Positions 26,541-42,000 of a DNA stretch of 64,000 nucleotides are shown here, piece by piece. This stretch comes from Squalus acanthias (lineage: Eukaryota), in contig JASTWF010000033.1 in the NCBI GenBank assembly GCA_030390025.1, forward strand, positions 6,016,001 through 6,080,000, written 5' to 3'. Positions within the stretch are counted from its first letter, which is position 1. Each line of letters starts with the position of its first letter. Under the pieces are notes generated by a model, which did no database searches, was not told the DNA's origin, and saw only the letters and a list, made by a program, of their open reading frames with translations. Both the position numbers and the translations under genes were made by a program.

Positions 26541-28826
26541 ATAGAACATAGAACATAGAACAGTACAGCACAGTACAGGCCCTTCGGCCCTCGATGTTGT
26601 GCCGAGCATTGTCCGAGACCAAGATCAAGCTATCACACTCCCTATCACTCTGGTGTGCTCCATGTGCTTATCCAATAACCGCTTGAAAGTTCCTAAAGTG
26701 TCCGACTCCACTATCACAGCAGGCAGTCCATTCCACACCCCAACCACTCTCTGAGTAAAGAATCTACCTCGGACATCCCTTCTATATCTCCCCCCATGCA
26801 CCTTATAGTTATGCCCCCTTGTAACAGCTGCCTCTACCCGAGGAAATAGTCTCTGAACATCCACTCTTTCTATCCCCCTCATCATCTTATAAACCTCTAT
26901 TAAGTCGCCTCTCATCCTCCTCCGCTCTAAAGAGAAAAGCCCCAACTCCCTCAATCTTTCCTCATAAGACCTCCCCCCCAAACCAGGCAGCATCCTGGTA
27001 AATCTCCTTTGCACTCTTTCCAATGCTTCTACGTCCTTCCTATAGTGAGGTGACCAGAACTGCACACAATATTCCAAATGTGGTCTCACCAAGGTCCTGT
27101 ACAGTTGCAGCATAACCTCACGGTTCTTAAACTCAAACCCTCTGTTAATAAACGCTAACACACAATAGGCCTTCTTTACTGCTCTATCCACTTGAGTGGC
27201 AACCTTCAGAGATCTGTGGATATGAACCCCCAGATCCCTCTGCTCCTCCACGTTCCTCAGAACCCTGCCGTTGACCCTGTAATCCTTATTCAAATTTGCC
27301 CTACCAAAATGAATCACCTCGCACTTATCAGGGTTAAATTCCATCTGCCATTTTTCGGCCCAGCTCTGCATCCTATCAATGTCTCTTTGCAGCCTACAAC
27401 TGCCCTCCACCTCATCCACTACTCCACCAATCTTGGTGTCATCAGCAAATTTACTGATCCACCCTTCAGTCCCCTCCTCCAAGTCATTGATAAAAATCAC
27501 AAACAGCAGAGGACCCAGCACCGACCCCTGTGGCACACCGCTGGTAACTGGTCTCCAGTCCGAAAATGTTCCATCCACCACCACCCTCTGCCTTCTATGA
27601 GTTAGCCAGTTACTTATCCAATCGGCCAAATTTCCCTCTATCCCACAACTCCTTACTTTCTTCATGAGACGACCATGGGGAACCTTATCAAACGCCTTAC
27701 TAAAATCCATGTATACGACATCAACTGCTCTACCTTCATCTACACACTTAGTTACCTCCTCAAAGAATTCAATCAAATTTGTTAGGCAAGACTTACCCTT
27801 CACGAATCCGTGTTGACTATCCCTGATTAAGTTGCCCCTTTCCAAATGGTCATAAATCCTATCCCTCAGGACCTTTTCCATTATCTTACCAACCACCGAA
27901 GTAAGACTAACCGGCCTATAATTACCAGGGTCATTCCTATTTACTTTCTTGAAGAGAGGAACAACATTCGCCACTCTCCAGTCCTCTGGCACCATCCCCG
28001 TGGACAGTGAGGACCCAAAGATCAAAGCCAGAGGCTCTGCAATCTCCTCCCTTGCCTCCCAAAGAATCCTAGGATATATCCCATCTGGCCCAGGGGACTT
28101 ATCGACCCTCAGGTTCTTCAAAATTGCTAAAACATCTTCCCTCAGAACATCTACCACCTCCAGCCTATCCACCTTTATCAAACTTTCATCCTCAAGAACA
28201 TGGCCCCTCTCCTCGGTGAACACTGACGAAAAGTATTCATTCATCACCTCTCCTATCTCTTCTGACTCCATGCATAAGTTCCCACTACTGTCCTTGACCG
28301 GCCCTACCCTCACCCTGGTCATTCTTTTATTTCTCACATAAGAGTAAAAAGCCTTGGGATTTTTCTTGATCCGACCCGCCAAGGACTTCTCATGCCCCCT
28401 CCTAGCTCTCCTAAGCTCTTTTTTTAGCTCATTCCTTGCTACCTTGTACCCCTCAATCGACCCAACTGAACCTTGTTTTCTCATCCTTACATACGCTTCC
28501 TTTTTCCTCTTGACTAGACATTCAACCTCTTTTGTGAACCATAGTTCTCTCACTCGGCCATTTCCTCCCTGCCTGACAGGGACATACCTATCAAGGACAC
28601 GCAGTAATTGCTCCATGAAAAAGCTCCACTTTTCGTTTGTGCCTTTCCCTGATAGTTTCTGTTCCCATCTTATACTCCCTAATTCTTGCCTAATCGCATC
28701 ATAATTACCCCTCCCCCAATTATAAACCCTGCCCTGCCATATGGCCCTATCCCTCTCCATTGCAATAGTGAAAGTTACCGAATTGTGGTCACTATCTCCA
28801 AAGTGCTCTCCCACATACAAATCAAA
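26541..28826 (-). mobile_element. CR1 insertion A copy 3 (uninterrupted RT frame)
   Basis: ORF 26625-28919, 764 aa; same junctions as copies 1 and 2. Confidence 0.97.
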
Positions 28827-28856
28827 CACTTGGCAGGATCCTGATACAGTGTGAAA

Positions 28857-30018
28857 CATAGAAACATAGAAAATAGGTACAGGAGTAGACCATTCGGTCC
28901 TTCGAGCCTGCACCACCATTCAATGCGTTCATGGCTGAACATGCTACCTCAGTACCCCATTCCTGCTTTCTCGCCATACCCCTTGATCCCCCTAGTTGTG
29001 AGTGTTATATCTAACTCACTTTTGAATATATTTAGCGAACTGGCCTCAACAACATTCTGTGGAAGAGAATTCCATAGATTCACCACTCTCTGGGTGAAGA
29101 AGTTCCTCCTCAGCTCAGTCTTAAATGGCTTCCCCTTAATCCTTAGACTGTGACCCCTGGTTCTAGTTTTCCCTAACATTGGGAACATTCTGCCCGCATC
29201 TAATTTGTCTAAACCAGTCAGGATTTTAAATGTCTCTATAAGATCCCCCCTCATTCTTCTGAACTCCAGAGGATACAAGTTCAGTTGACCCAATCTTTCT
29301 TGATATGTCAGTCCGGCCATCCCAGGAATCAATCAAGTGAACCTTCGCTGCACTCCCTCAATAGCAAGAATGTCCTTCCTTAAGTTAGGAGACCAAAACT
29401 GCGCACAATACTCCAGGTGTGGCCTCACCAAGGCCCTGTACAACTGCAGCATCACCTCCCTACTCCTGTACTCAAATCCCCTTGCTATGAAGGCCATCAT
29501 TCCGTTTGCTTTCTTGACTGCCTGCTGCACTTGCATTCCCACCTTCAGTGACTGATGTACCATGACGCCCAGGTCTCGTTGCACCTCCCCTTTCCCTAAT
29601 CTGCCACCATTCAGGTAATAGTCCGCCTCTCTATTTTTACCACCAAAGTGGATAACCTCACATTTATCCACATTGTACTTCATCTGCCATACATTTGCCC
29701 ATTCACCCAACCTGTCCAAGTCACTCTGTAGCCTCCTAGCATCCTCCTCATTGTTCACACTGCCTCCCAATTTAGTGTCATCCGCAAATTTGGAGATATT
29801 ACATTTAATCCCTTCGTCCAAATCATTAATATATAATGTAAACAGCTAGGGTCCCAGCACCGAACCCTGCGGTACCCCGCTGGTCACTGCCTGCCATTCT
29901 GAAAAGTACCCATTTACTCCTACTCTTTGTTTCCTGTGTGCCAACCAGTTCTCAATCCATGTCAACACATTACCCCCAATCCCATGTGCTTTAACTTTGC
30001 TCACCAATCTCTTGTGTG
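28857..30018 (-). mobile_element. CR1 insertion B copy 2 (two nonsense changes)
   Basis: Same junctions as B copy 1 at offset 5398; stops at 29333 and 29846. Confidence 0.96.
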
Positions 30019-33000
30019 AAACCGCATACACACCTGGCAGGATCCTGATACACTGTGAAACCCCATACACACCTGGCAGTATCCTGATACACTGTGAAAC
30101 CCCATACACACCTGGCAGGATCCTGATACACTGTGAAACCTCATACACACCTGGCAGGATCCCGATACACTGTGAAACCTCATACACACCTGGCAGGATC
30201 CTGATACACTGTGAAACCTCATACACACCTGGCAGGATCCTGATACACTGTGAAACCCCATTCACACCTGGCAGGATCCCGATACACTGTGAAACCTCAT
30301 ACACACCTGGCAGGATCCTGATACACTGTGAAACCCCATACACACCTGGCAGGATCCTGATACACTGTGAAGCCCCACACACACCTGGCAGGATCCTGAT
30401 ACACTGTGAAACCACATACACACCTGGCAGAATCTTGATACACTGTGAAGCCCCATACACACCTGGCAGGATCCTGATACACTGTGAAACCCCATACACA
30501 CCTGGCAGGATCCTGATACACTGTGAAACCCCATACACACCTGGCAGGATCCTGATACACTGTTAAAACCCACACACACCTGGCAGGATCCTGATACACT
30601 GTGAAACCCCATACACACCTGGCAGTATCCTGATACACTGTGTAACCCCATACACACCTGGCAGGATCCTGATACACTGTGAAACCCCAAACACACCTGG
30701 CAGGATCCTGATACACTGTGAAACCCCATACACAACTGGCAGGATCCTGATACACTGTGAAACCCCATACACATCTGGCCGGATCCTGATACACTGTGAA
30801 ACCGCATACACACCTGGCAGGATCCTGATACACTGTGAAACCCCATACACACCTGGCAGGATCCTGATACACTGTGAAACCCCATACACACCAGGCAGGA
30901 TCCTGATACACTGTGAAACCCCATACACACCTGGCAGGATCCTGATACACTGTGAAACCCCATACACACCTGGCAGGATCCTGATACACTGTGAAACCCC
31001 AAACACACCTGGCAGGATCCTGATACACTGTGAAACCCCATACACAACTGGCAGGATCCTGATACACTGTGAAACCCCATACACATCTGGCAGGATCCTG
31101 ATACACTGTGAAACCCCAGAGGCACCTGCGCAGGATTCTGATACACTGAAACCCCATATACACCTGGCAGGATCCTGACACACTGTGAAACCCCATACAC
31201 ACCTGGCAGGATCCTGATACACTGTGAAACCCCATACACACCTGGCAGGATCCTGATACACTGTGATACCCCATACACACCTGGAAGGATCCTGATACAC
31301 TGTGAAACCCCATACACATCTGGCAGGATCCTGATACAGTGTGAAACCCCATACACACCTGGCAGGATCCTGATACACTGTGAAACCCCATACACACCTG
31401 GCAGGATCCTGATACACTGTGAAACCCCATACACACCTGGCAGGATCCTGATACACTGTGAAACCCCATACACACCTGGCAGGATCCTGATACACTGTGA
31501 AACCCCATACACACCTGGCAGGATCCTGATACACTGTGAAACCCCATACACACCTGTCAGGATCCTGATACACTGTGAAACCCCATAGCACCTGCAGGAT
31601 CCTGATACACTGAAACCCCATACACACCTGGCAGGATCCTGATACACTGTGAAACCCCATACACACCTGGCAGGATCCTGATACACTGTGAAACCCCATA
31701 CACACCTGGCAGGATCCTGATACACTGTGAAACCCCATACACACCTGGCAGGATCCTGATACACTGTGAAACCCCATACACACCTGGCAGGATCCTGATA
31801 CACTGTGAAACCCCATACACACCTGGCAGGATCCTGATACACTGTGAAACCCCATACACACCTGGCAGGATCCTGATACACTGAAACCCCATACACACCT
31901 GGCAGGATCCTGATACACTGTGAAACCCCATACACACCTGGCAGGATCCTGATACACTGTGAAACCCCATACACACCTGGCAGGATCCTGATACATTGTG
32001 AAACCCCATACACACCTGGAAGGATACTAATAGACTGTGAAAACCCATACACACATAACTGGATCCTGATACACTGTGAAACCCCATACACACCTGGCAG
32101 GATCCTGATACACTGTGAAACCCCAAACACACCTGGCAGGATCCTGATACACTGTAAAACCCCATACACACCTGGCAGGATCCTGATACACTGTGAAACC
32201 CCATACACACCTGGCAGGATCCTGATACACTGAAACCCCATACACACCTGGCAGGATCCTGATACACTGTGAAACCCCATACACACCTGGCAGGATCCTG
32301 ATACTGTGAAACCCCATACACACCTGGCAGGATCCTGATACACTGTGAAACCCATACACACCTGGCAGGATCCTGATACACTGTGAAACCCCATAAACAT
32401 CTGGCAGGATCCTGATACACTGTGAAACCCCATACACACCTGGCAGGATCCTGATACACTGTGAAACCCCAGAGGCACCTGCAGGATTCTGATACACTAA
32501 AACCCCATACACACCTGGCAGGATCCTGATACACTGTGAAACCCCAGAGGCACTTGGCAGGATCCTGATACACTGAAACCCCACACACACCTGGCAGGAT
32601 CCTGATACACTGTGAAACCCCAGAGGCACCTGGCAGGATCCTGATACACTGAAACCCAACACACACCTGGCAGGATCCTGACACACTGTGAAACCCCATA
32701 CACACCTGGCAGGATCCTGATACACTGTGAAACCCCATACACACCTGGCAGGATCCTGATACACTGTGAAACCCCATACACATCTGGCAGGATCCTGATA
32801 CACTGTGAAACCTCAGAGGCACCTGCAGGATTCTGATACGCTGAAACCCCATACACACCTGACAGGATCCTGATACACTGCGAAACCCCATACACACCTG
32901 GCAGGACCCTGATACACTGCGAAACCCCATACACACCTGGCAGGATCCTGACACACTGTGAATCCCCATACACAACTGGCAGGATCCTGATACACTGTGA

Positions 33001-36000
33001 AACCCCATATACTCCTGGCAGGATCCTAATAGACTGTGAAATCCCATACACACATGACTGGATCCTGATACACTGTGAAACCTCATACACACTTGTCAGG
33101 ATCCTGATACACTGTGAAACCCCATACACACCTGGCAGGATCCTGATACACTGTGAAACCCCATACACACCTGACAGGAGCCTGATACACTGCGAAACCC
33201 CATACACACCTGGCAGGACCCTGATACACTGCGAAACCCCATACACACCTGGCAGGATCCTGACACACTGTGAATCCCCATACACACCTGGCAGGATCCT
33301 GATACACTGTGAAACCCCATACACACCTGGCAGTGTCCCGATACACTGTGAAACCCCAAACACACCAGGCAGGATCCCGATACACTGTGAAACACCATAC
33401 ACACATGACTGGATCCTGATACACTGTGAAACCTCATACACACCTGGCAGGATCCTGATACACTGTGAAACCCCATACACACCTGGCAGGATCCTGATGC
33501 ACTGTTAAATCCCACACACAACTGGCAGGATCCTGATACACAGTGATACCCCATACACACCTGACAGGATCCTGATGCACAGTGAAACCCCATATACACC
33601 TGGCAGGATCCTGATACACTGTGAAACCCCATACACACCTGGCAGGATCCTGATGCACTGTGAAACCCCATACACACCTGACAGGATCCTGATACACTGC
33701 GAAACCCCATACACACCTGGCAGGATCCTGATATACTGTGAAACCCCACACACACCTGGCAGGATCCTGATACACTGCGAAACCCCATACACACCTGGCA
33801 GGATCCTGATACACTGTGAAACCCCATACACACCTGACAGGATACTGATACACTGTGAAACCCCACATACCCCTGGCAGGATCCTAATAGACTGTGAAAA
33901 CCCATACACACATGACTGGATCCTGATACACTGTGAAACCTCATACACACCTGGCAGGATCCTGATACACTGCGAAACCCCATACACACCTGGCAGGACC
34001 CTGATACACTGCGAAACCCCATACACACCTGGCAGGATCCTGATACACTGTGAAACCCCATACACACCTGGCAGTATCCTGATACACTGTGAAACCCCAT
34101 ACACACCTGGCAGGATCCTGATACACTGCGAAACCCCATACACACCTGGCAGGATCCTGATACACTGTGAAACCTCATACACACCTGGCAGGATCCTGAT
34201 ACACTGTGAAACCCCATACACACCTGGCAGGATCCTGATACACTGTGAAACCCCATACACACCTGGCAGGCTCCTGATACACTGTGAAACCCCATACACA
34301 CCTGGCAGTATCCTGATACACTGAAACCCCATACACACCTGGCAGGATCCTGATACACTGAGAAACCCCATACACACCTGACCGCATCCTGATACACTGA
34401 AACCCTATACACACCTTGCAGGATCCTGATACACATTGAAACCCCATACACACCTGGCAGGATCCTGATACACTGTGATACCCCATACACACCTGGCAGG
34501 ATCCTGATACACTGAAACCCCATACACACCTGGCAGGAGCCTGATACATTGTGAAACCTCATACACACCTGGCAGGATCCTGATACACTGCGAAACCCCA
34601 TACACACCTGGCAGGATCCCGATACAATGTGAAACCTCATACACACCTGGCAGGATCCTGATACACTCTGAAAACCCACACACCCCTGGCAGGATCCTGA
34701 TTCACTGTGAAACCCCATACACACCAGGCAGGATCCTGATACAATGTGAAACCCCACACACACCTGGCAGGATCCTGATACACTGTCAAACCCCATACAC
34801 ACCTGGCAGGATCCTGATACACTGTGAAAACCCATACACACCTGGCAGGATCCTGATACACTGTGAAACCCCACACACACCTGGCAGGATCCTGATACAC
34901 TCTGAAACCCCACACACACCTGGCAGGTTCCTGATACACTGTGAAACCCCATACACACCTGGCAGGATCCTGATACACTGTGAAACCCCATACACACCTG
35001 GCAGGATCCTGATACACTGTGAAACCCCATGCACACCTGGCAGGATCCTGATTCAATGTGAAACCCCATACACACCTGGCAGCATCCTGATACAGTGTGA
35101 AACCCCATACACACAACTGGCAGGATCCCGATACACTGTGAAACCCGATACACACCTGGCTGGATCCTGATACACTGTGAAACCCCAGACACACCTGGCA
35201 GTACCCTGATACACTATGAAACCACAAACACACCAGGCAGGATCGTGATACACTGTGAAACCCCATACACACCTGGCAGGATCCTGATACACTGTGAAAC
35301 CCCATACACACCTGGCAGGATCCTGATACACTGTGAAACCCCATACACATCTGGCAGGATCCTGATACACTGTGAAACCCCATACACACCTGGCAGGATC
35401 CTGAGACACTGTGAAACCCCAGAGACACCTGCAGGATTCTGATACACTGAAACCCCATACACACCTGGCAGGATCCTGATACACTGTGAAACCCCACACA
35501 CACCTGGCAGGATCCTGATACACTGTGAAACCCCATACACACCTGGCAGAATCCTGATACACTGTGAAACCCCATACACACCAGGCAGGATCCTGATACA
35601 CTGTGAAACCCCATACACACCTGACAGGATCCAGATACACTGTGAAACCCCATACACTCCTGGCAGGATCCTGATACACTGTGAAACCCCATACACACCT
35701 GACAGGATCCTGTTACACTGTGAAACCCCATACACACCTGGCAGGACCCTGATACACTGTGAAACCCCATACACACCTGGCAGGATCCTGATACACTGTG
35801 AAACCCCATACACACCTGGCAGTATCCTGATACACTGTGAAACCCCATACACACCTGGCAGGATCCTGATACACTGTGAAACCTCATACACACCTGGCAG
35901 GATCCTGATACACTGCGAAACCCCATACACACCTGGCAGGATCCTGATACACTGTGAAACCTCATACACACCTGGCAGGATCCTGATACACTGTGAAACC

Positions 36001-39000
36001 CCATACACACCTGGCAGGATCCTGATACACTGTGAAACCCCATACACACCTGGCAGGCTCCTGATACACTGTGAAACCCCATACACACCTGGCAGTATCC
36101 TGATACACTGAAACCCCATACACACCTGGCAGGATCCTGATACACTGAGAAACCCCATACACACCTTACGAACCTGATACACCGAAACCCCAAACACACC
36201 TGGCAGGATCCTGATACACTTGAAACCCCATACACACCTGGCAGGATCCTGATACACTGTGAAACCCCATACACACCTGGCAGGATCCTGATACACTGTG
36301 AAACCCCATACACACCTGGCAGGATCCTGATACACTGTGAAACCCATACACACCTGGCAGGATCCTGATACACTGTGAAACCCCATACACACCTGGCAGG
36401 ATCCTGATACACTGTGAAACCCCATACACACCTGGCAGGATCCTGATACACTGTGAAACCCCATACACACCTGGCAGGATCCTGATACACTGTGAAACCC
36501 CATACACACCTGGCAGGATCCTGATACACTGTGAAACCCCATACACACCTGGCAGGATCCTGATACACTGTGAAACCCCATACACACCTGGCAGGATCCT
36601 GATACACTGTGAAACCCCATACACACCTGGCAGGATCCTGATACACTGTGAAACCCCATACACACCTGGCAGGATCCTGATACACTGTGAAACCCCATAC
36701 ACACCTGGCAGGATCCTGATACACTGTGAAACCCCATACACACCTGGCAGGATCCTGATACACTGTGAAACCCCATACACACCTGGCAGGATCCTGATAC
36801 ACTGTGAAACCCCATACACACCTGGCAGGATCCTGATACACTGTGAAACCCCATACACACCTGGCAGGATCCTGATACACTGTGAAACCCCATACACACC
36901 TGGCAGGATCCTGATACACTGTGAAACCCCATACACACCTGGCAGGATCCTGATACACTGTGAAACCCCATACACACCTGGCAGGATCCTGATACACTGT
37001 GAAACCCCATACACACCTGGCAGGATCCTGATACACTGTGAAACCCCATACACACCTGGCAGGATCCTGATACACTGTGAAACCCCATACACACCTGGCA
37101 GGATCCTGATACACTGTGAAACCCCATACACACCTGGCAGGATCCTGATACACTGTGAAACCCCATACACACCTGGCAGGATCCTGATACACTGTGAAAC
37201 CCCATACACACCTGGCAGGATCCTGATACACTGAAACCCCATACACACCTGGCAGGATCCTGATACACTGTGAAACCCCATACACACCTGGCAGGATCCT
37301 GATACACTGTGAAACCCCATACACACCTGGCAGGATCCTGATACACTGTGAAACCCCATACACACCTGGCAGGATCCTGATACACTGTGAAACCCCATAC
37401 ACACCTGGCAGGATCCTGATACACTGTGAAACCCCATACACACCTGGCAGGATCCTGATACACTGTGAAACCCCATACACACCTGGCAGGATCCTGATAC
37501 ACTGTGAAACCCCATACACACCTGGCAGGATCCTGATACACTGTGAAACCCCATACACACCTGGCAGGATCCTGATACACTGTGAAACCCCATACACACC
37601 TGGCAGGATCCTGATACACTGAAACCCCATACACACCTGGCAGGATCCTGATACACTGTGAAACCCCATACACACCTGGCAGGATCCTGATACACTGTGA
37701 AACCCCATACACACCTGGCAGGATCCTGATACACTGTGAAACCCCATACACACCTGGCAGGATCCTGATACACTGTGAAACCCCATACACACCTGGCAGG
37801 ATCCTGATACACTGTGAAACCCCATACACACCTGGCAGGATCCTGATACACTGTGAAACCCCATACACACCTGGCAGGATCCTGATACACTGTGAAACCC
37901 CATACACACCTGGCAGGATCCTGATACACTGTGAAACCCCATACACACCTGGCAGGATCCTGATACACTGTGAAACCCCATACACACCTGGCAGGATCCT
38001 GATACACTGTGAAACCCCATACACACCTGGCAGGCTCCTGATACACTGTGAAACCCCATACACACCTGGCAGTATCCTGATACACTGGAAACCCCATACA
38101 CACCTGGCAGGATCCTGATACACTGAGAAACCCCATACACACCTGACAGGATCCTGATACACTGTGAAACCCCACACACACCTGGCAGGATCCTGATACA
38201 CTCTGAAACCCCACACACACCTGGCAGGATCCTGATACACTGTGAAACCCCATACACACCTGGCAGGATCCTGATACACTGTGAAACCCCATACACACCT
38301 GGCAGGATCCTGATACACTGTGAAACCCCATGCACACCTGGCAGGATCCTGATTCAATGTGAAACCCCATACACACCTGGCAGGATCCTGATACACTGTG
38401 AAACCTCATACACACTTGTCAGGATCCTGATACACTGTGAAACCCCATACACACCTGGCAGGATCCTGATACACTGTGAAACCCCATACACACCTGACAG
38501 GAGCCTGATACACTGCGAAACCCCATACACACCTGGCAGGACCCTGATACACTGCGAAACCCCATACACACCTGGCAGGATCCTGACACACTGTGAATCC
38601 CCATACACACCTGGCAGGATCCTGATACACTGTGAAACCCCATACACACCTGGCAGTGTCCCGATACACTGTGAAACCCCAAACACACCAGGCAGGATCC
38701 CGATACACTGTGAAACACCATACACACATGACTGGATCCTGATACACTGTGAAACCTCATACACACCTGGCAGGATCCTGATACACTGTGAAACCCCATA
38801 CACACCTGGCAGGATCCTGATGCACTGTTAAATCCCACACACAACTGGCAGGATCCTGATACACAGTGATACCCCATACACACCTGACAGGATCCTGATG
38901 CACAGTGAAACCCCATATACACCTGGCAGGATCCTGATACACTGTGAAACCCCATACACACCTGGCAGGATCCTGATGCACTGTGAAACCCCATACACAC

Positions 39001-42000
39001 CTGACAGGATCCTGATACACTGCGAAACCCCATACACACCTGGCAGGATCCTGATATACTGTGAAACCCCACACACACCTGGCAGGATCCTGATACACTG
39101 CGAAACCCCATACACACCTGGCAGGATCCTGATACACTGTGAAACCCCATACACACCTGACAGGATACTGATACACTGTGAAACCCCACATACCCCTGGC
39201 AGGATCCTAATAGACTGTGAAAACCCATACACACATGACTGGATCCTGATACACTGTGAAACCTCATACACACCTGGCAGGATCCTGATACACTGCGAAA
39301 CCCCATACACACCTGGCAGGACCCTGATACACTGCGAAACCCCATACACACCTGGCAGGATCCTGATACACTGTGAAACCCCATACACACCTGGCAGGAT
39401 CCTGATACACTGTGAAACCCCATACACACCTGGCAGGATCCTGATACACTGTGAAACCTCATACACACCTGGCAGGATCCTGATACACTGCGAAACCCCA
39501 TACACACCTGGCAGGATCCTGATACACTGTGAAACCTCATACACACCTGGCAGGATCCTGATACACTGTGAAACCCCATACACACCTGGCAGGATCCTGA
39601 TACACTGTGAAACCCCATACACACCTGGCAGGCTCCTGATACACTGTGAAACCCCATACACACCTGGCAGTATCCTGATACACTGAAACCCCATACACAC
39701 CTGGCAGGATCCTGATACACTGAGAAACCCCATACACACCTGACCGCATCCTGATACACTGAAACCCTATACACACCTTGCAGGATCCTGATACACATTG
39801 AAACCCCATACACACCTGGCAGGATCCTGATACACTGTGAAACCCCATACACACCTGGCAGGATCCTGATACACTGAAACCCCATACACACCTGGCAGGA
39901 GCCTGATACATTGTGAAACCTCATACACACCTGGCAGGATCCTGATACACTGCGAAACCCCATACACACCTGGCAGGATCCCGATACAATGTGAAACCCC
40001 ATACACACCTGGCAGGATCCTGATACACTATGAAAACCCACACACCCCTGGCAGGATCCTGATTCACTGTGAAACCCCATACACACCAGGCAGGATCCTG
40101 ATACACTGCGAAACCCCATACACACCTGGCAGGCTCCTGATACAATGTGAAACCCCACACACACCTGGCAGGATCCTGATACACTGTCAAACCCCATACA
40201 CACCTGGCAGGATCCTGATACACTGTGAAAACCCATACACACCTGGCAGGATCCTGATACACTGTGAAACCCCACACACACCTGGCAGGATCCTGATACA
40301 CTCTGAAACCCCACGCACACCTGGCAGGATCCTGATACACTGTGAAACCCCATACACACCTGGCAGGATCCTGATACACTGTGAAACCCCATACACACCT
40401 GGCAGGATCCTGATACACTGTGAAACCCCATGCACACCTGGCAGGATCCTGATTCAATGTGAAACCCCATACACACGTGGCAGCATCCTGATACAGTGTG
40501 AAACCCCATACACACAACTGGCAGGATCCCGATACACTGTGAAACCCGATACACACCTGGCTGGATCCTGATACACTGTGAAACCCCAGACACACCTGGC
40601 AGTACCCTGATACACTATGAAACCACAAACACACCAGGCAGGATCGTGATACACTGTGAAACCCCATACACACCTGGCAGGATCCTGATACACTGTGAAA
40701 CCCCATACACACCTGGCAGGATCCTGATACACTGTGAAACCCCATACACATCTGGCAGGATCCTGATACACTGTGAAACCCCATACACACCTGGCAGGAT
40801 CCTGAGACACTGTGAAACCCCAGAGACACCTGCAGGATTCTGATACACTGAAACCCCATACACACCTGGCAGGATCCTGATACACTGTGAAACCCCACAC
40901 ACACCTGGCAGGATCCTGATACACTGTGAAACCCCATACACACCTGGCAGAATCCTGATACACTGTGAAACCCCATACACACCAGGCAGGATCCTGATAC
41001 ACTGTGAAACCCCATACACACCTGACAGGATCCAGATACACTGTGAAACCCCATACACACCTGGCAGGATCCTGATACACTGTGAAACCCCATACACACC
41101 TGACAGGATCCTGTTACACTGTGAAACCCCATACACACCTGGCAGGATCTGATACACTGTGAAACCCCATACACACCTGGCAGGATCCTGATACACTGTG
41201 AAACCCCATACACACCTGGCAGGATTCTGATACACTGAAACCCCATACACACCTGGCAGGATCCTGATACACTGTGAAACACCATACACACCTGGCAGGA
41301 TCCTGATACACTGTGAAACCCCATACACACCTGGCAGGATCTGATACACTGTGAAACCCCATACACACCTGGCAGGATCCTGATACACTGTGAAACCCCA
41401 TACACACCTGGCAGGATCCTGATACACTGTGAAACCCCATACACACCTGGCAGGATCCTGATACACTGTGAAACCTCATACACACCTGGCAGGATCCTGA
41501 TACACTGCGAAACCCCATACACACCTGGCAGGATCCTGATACACTGTGAAACCTCATACACACCTGGCAGGATCCTGATACACTGTGAAACCCCATACAC
41601 ACCTGGCAGGATCCTGATACACTGTGAAACCCCATACACACCTGGCAGGCTCCTGATACACTGTGAAACCCCATACACACCTGGCAGTATCCTGATACAC
41701 TGAAACCCCATACACACCTGGCAGGATCCTGATACACTGAGAAACCCCATACACACCTGACCGCATCCTGATACACTGTGAAACCCCACACACACCTGGC
41801 AGGATCCTGATACACTCTGAAACCCCACACACACCTGGCAGGATCCTGATACACTGTGAAACCCCATACACACCTGGCAGGATCCTGATACACTGTGAAA
41901 CCCCATACACACCTGGCAGGATCCTGATACACTGTGAAACCCCATGCACACCTGGCAGGATCCTGATTCAATGTGAAACCCCATACACACCTGGCAGCAT

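Noticed and set aside
16766..29555. Recurrent + strand ORFs such as MSGNLQRS... and MKRGTTFA...
   Set aside because: Antisense shadows of CR1 ORF2, repeated only because the CR1 is duplicated.
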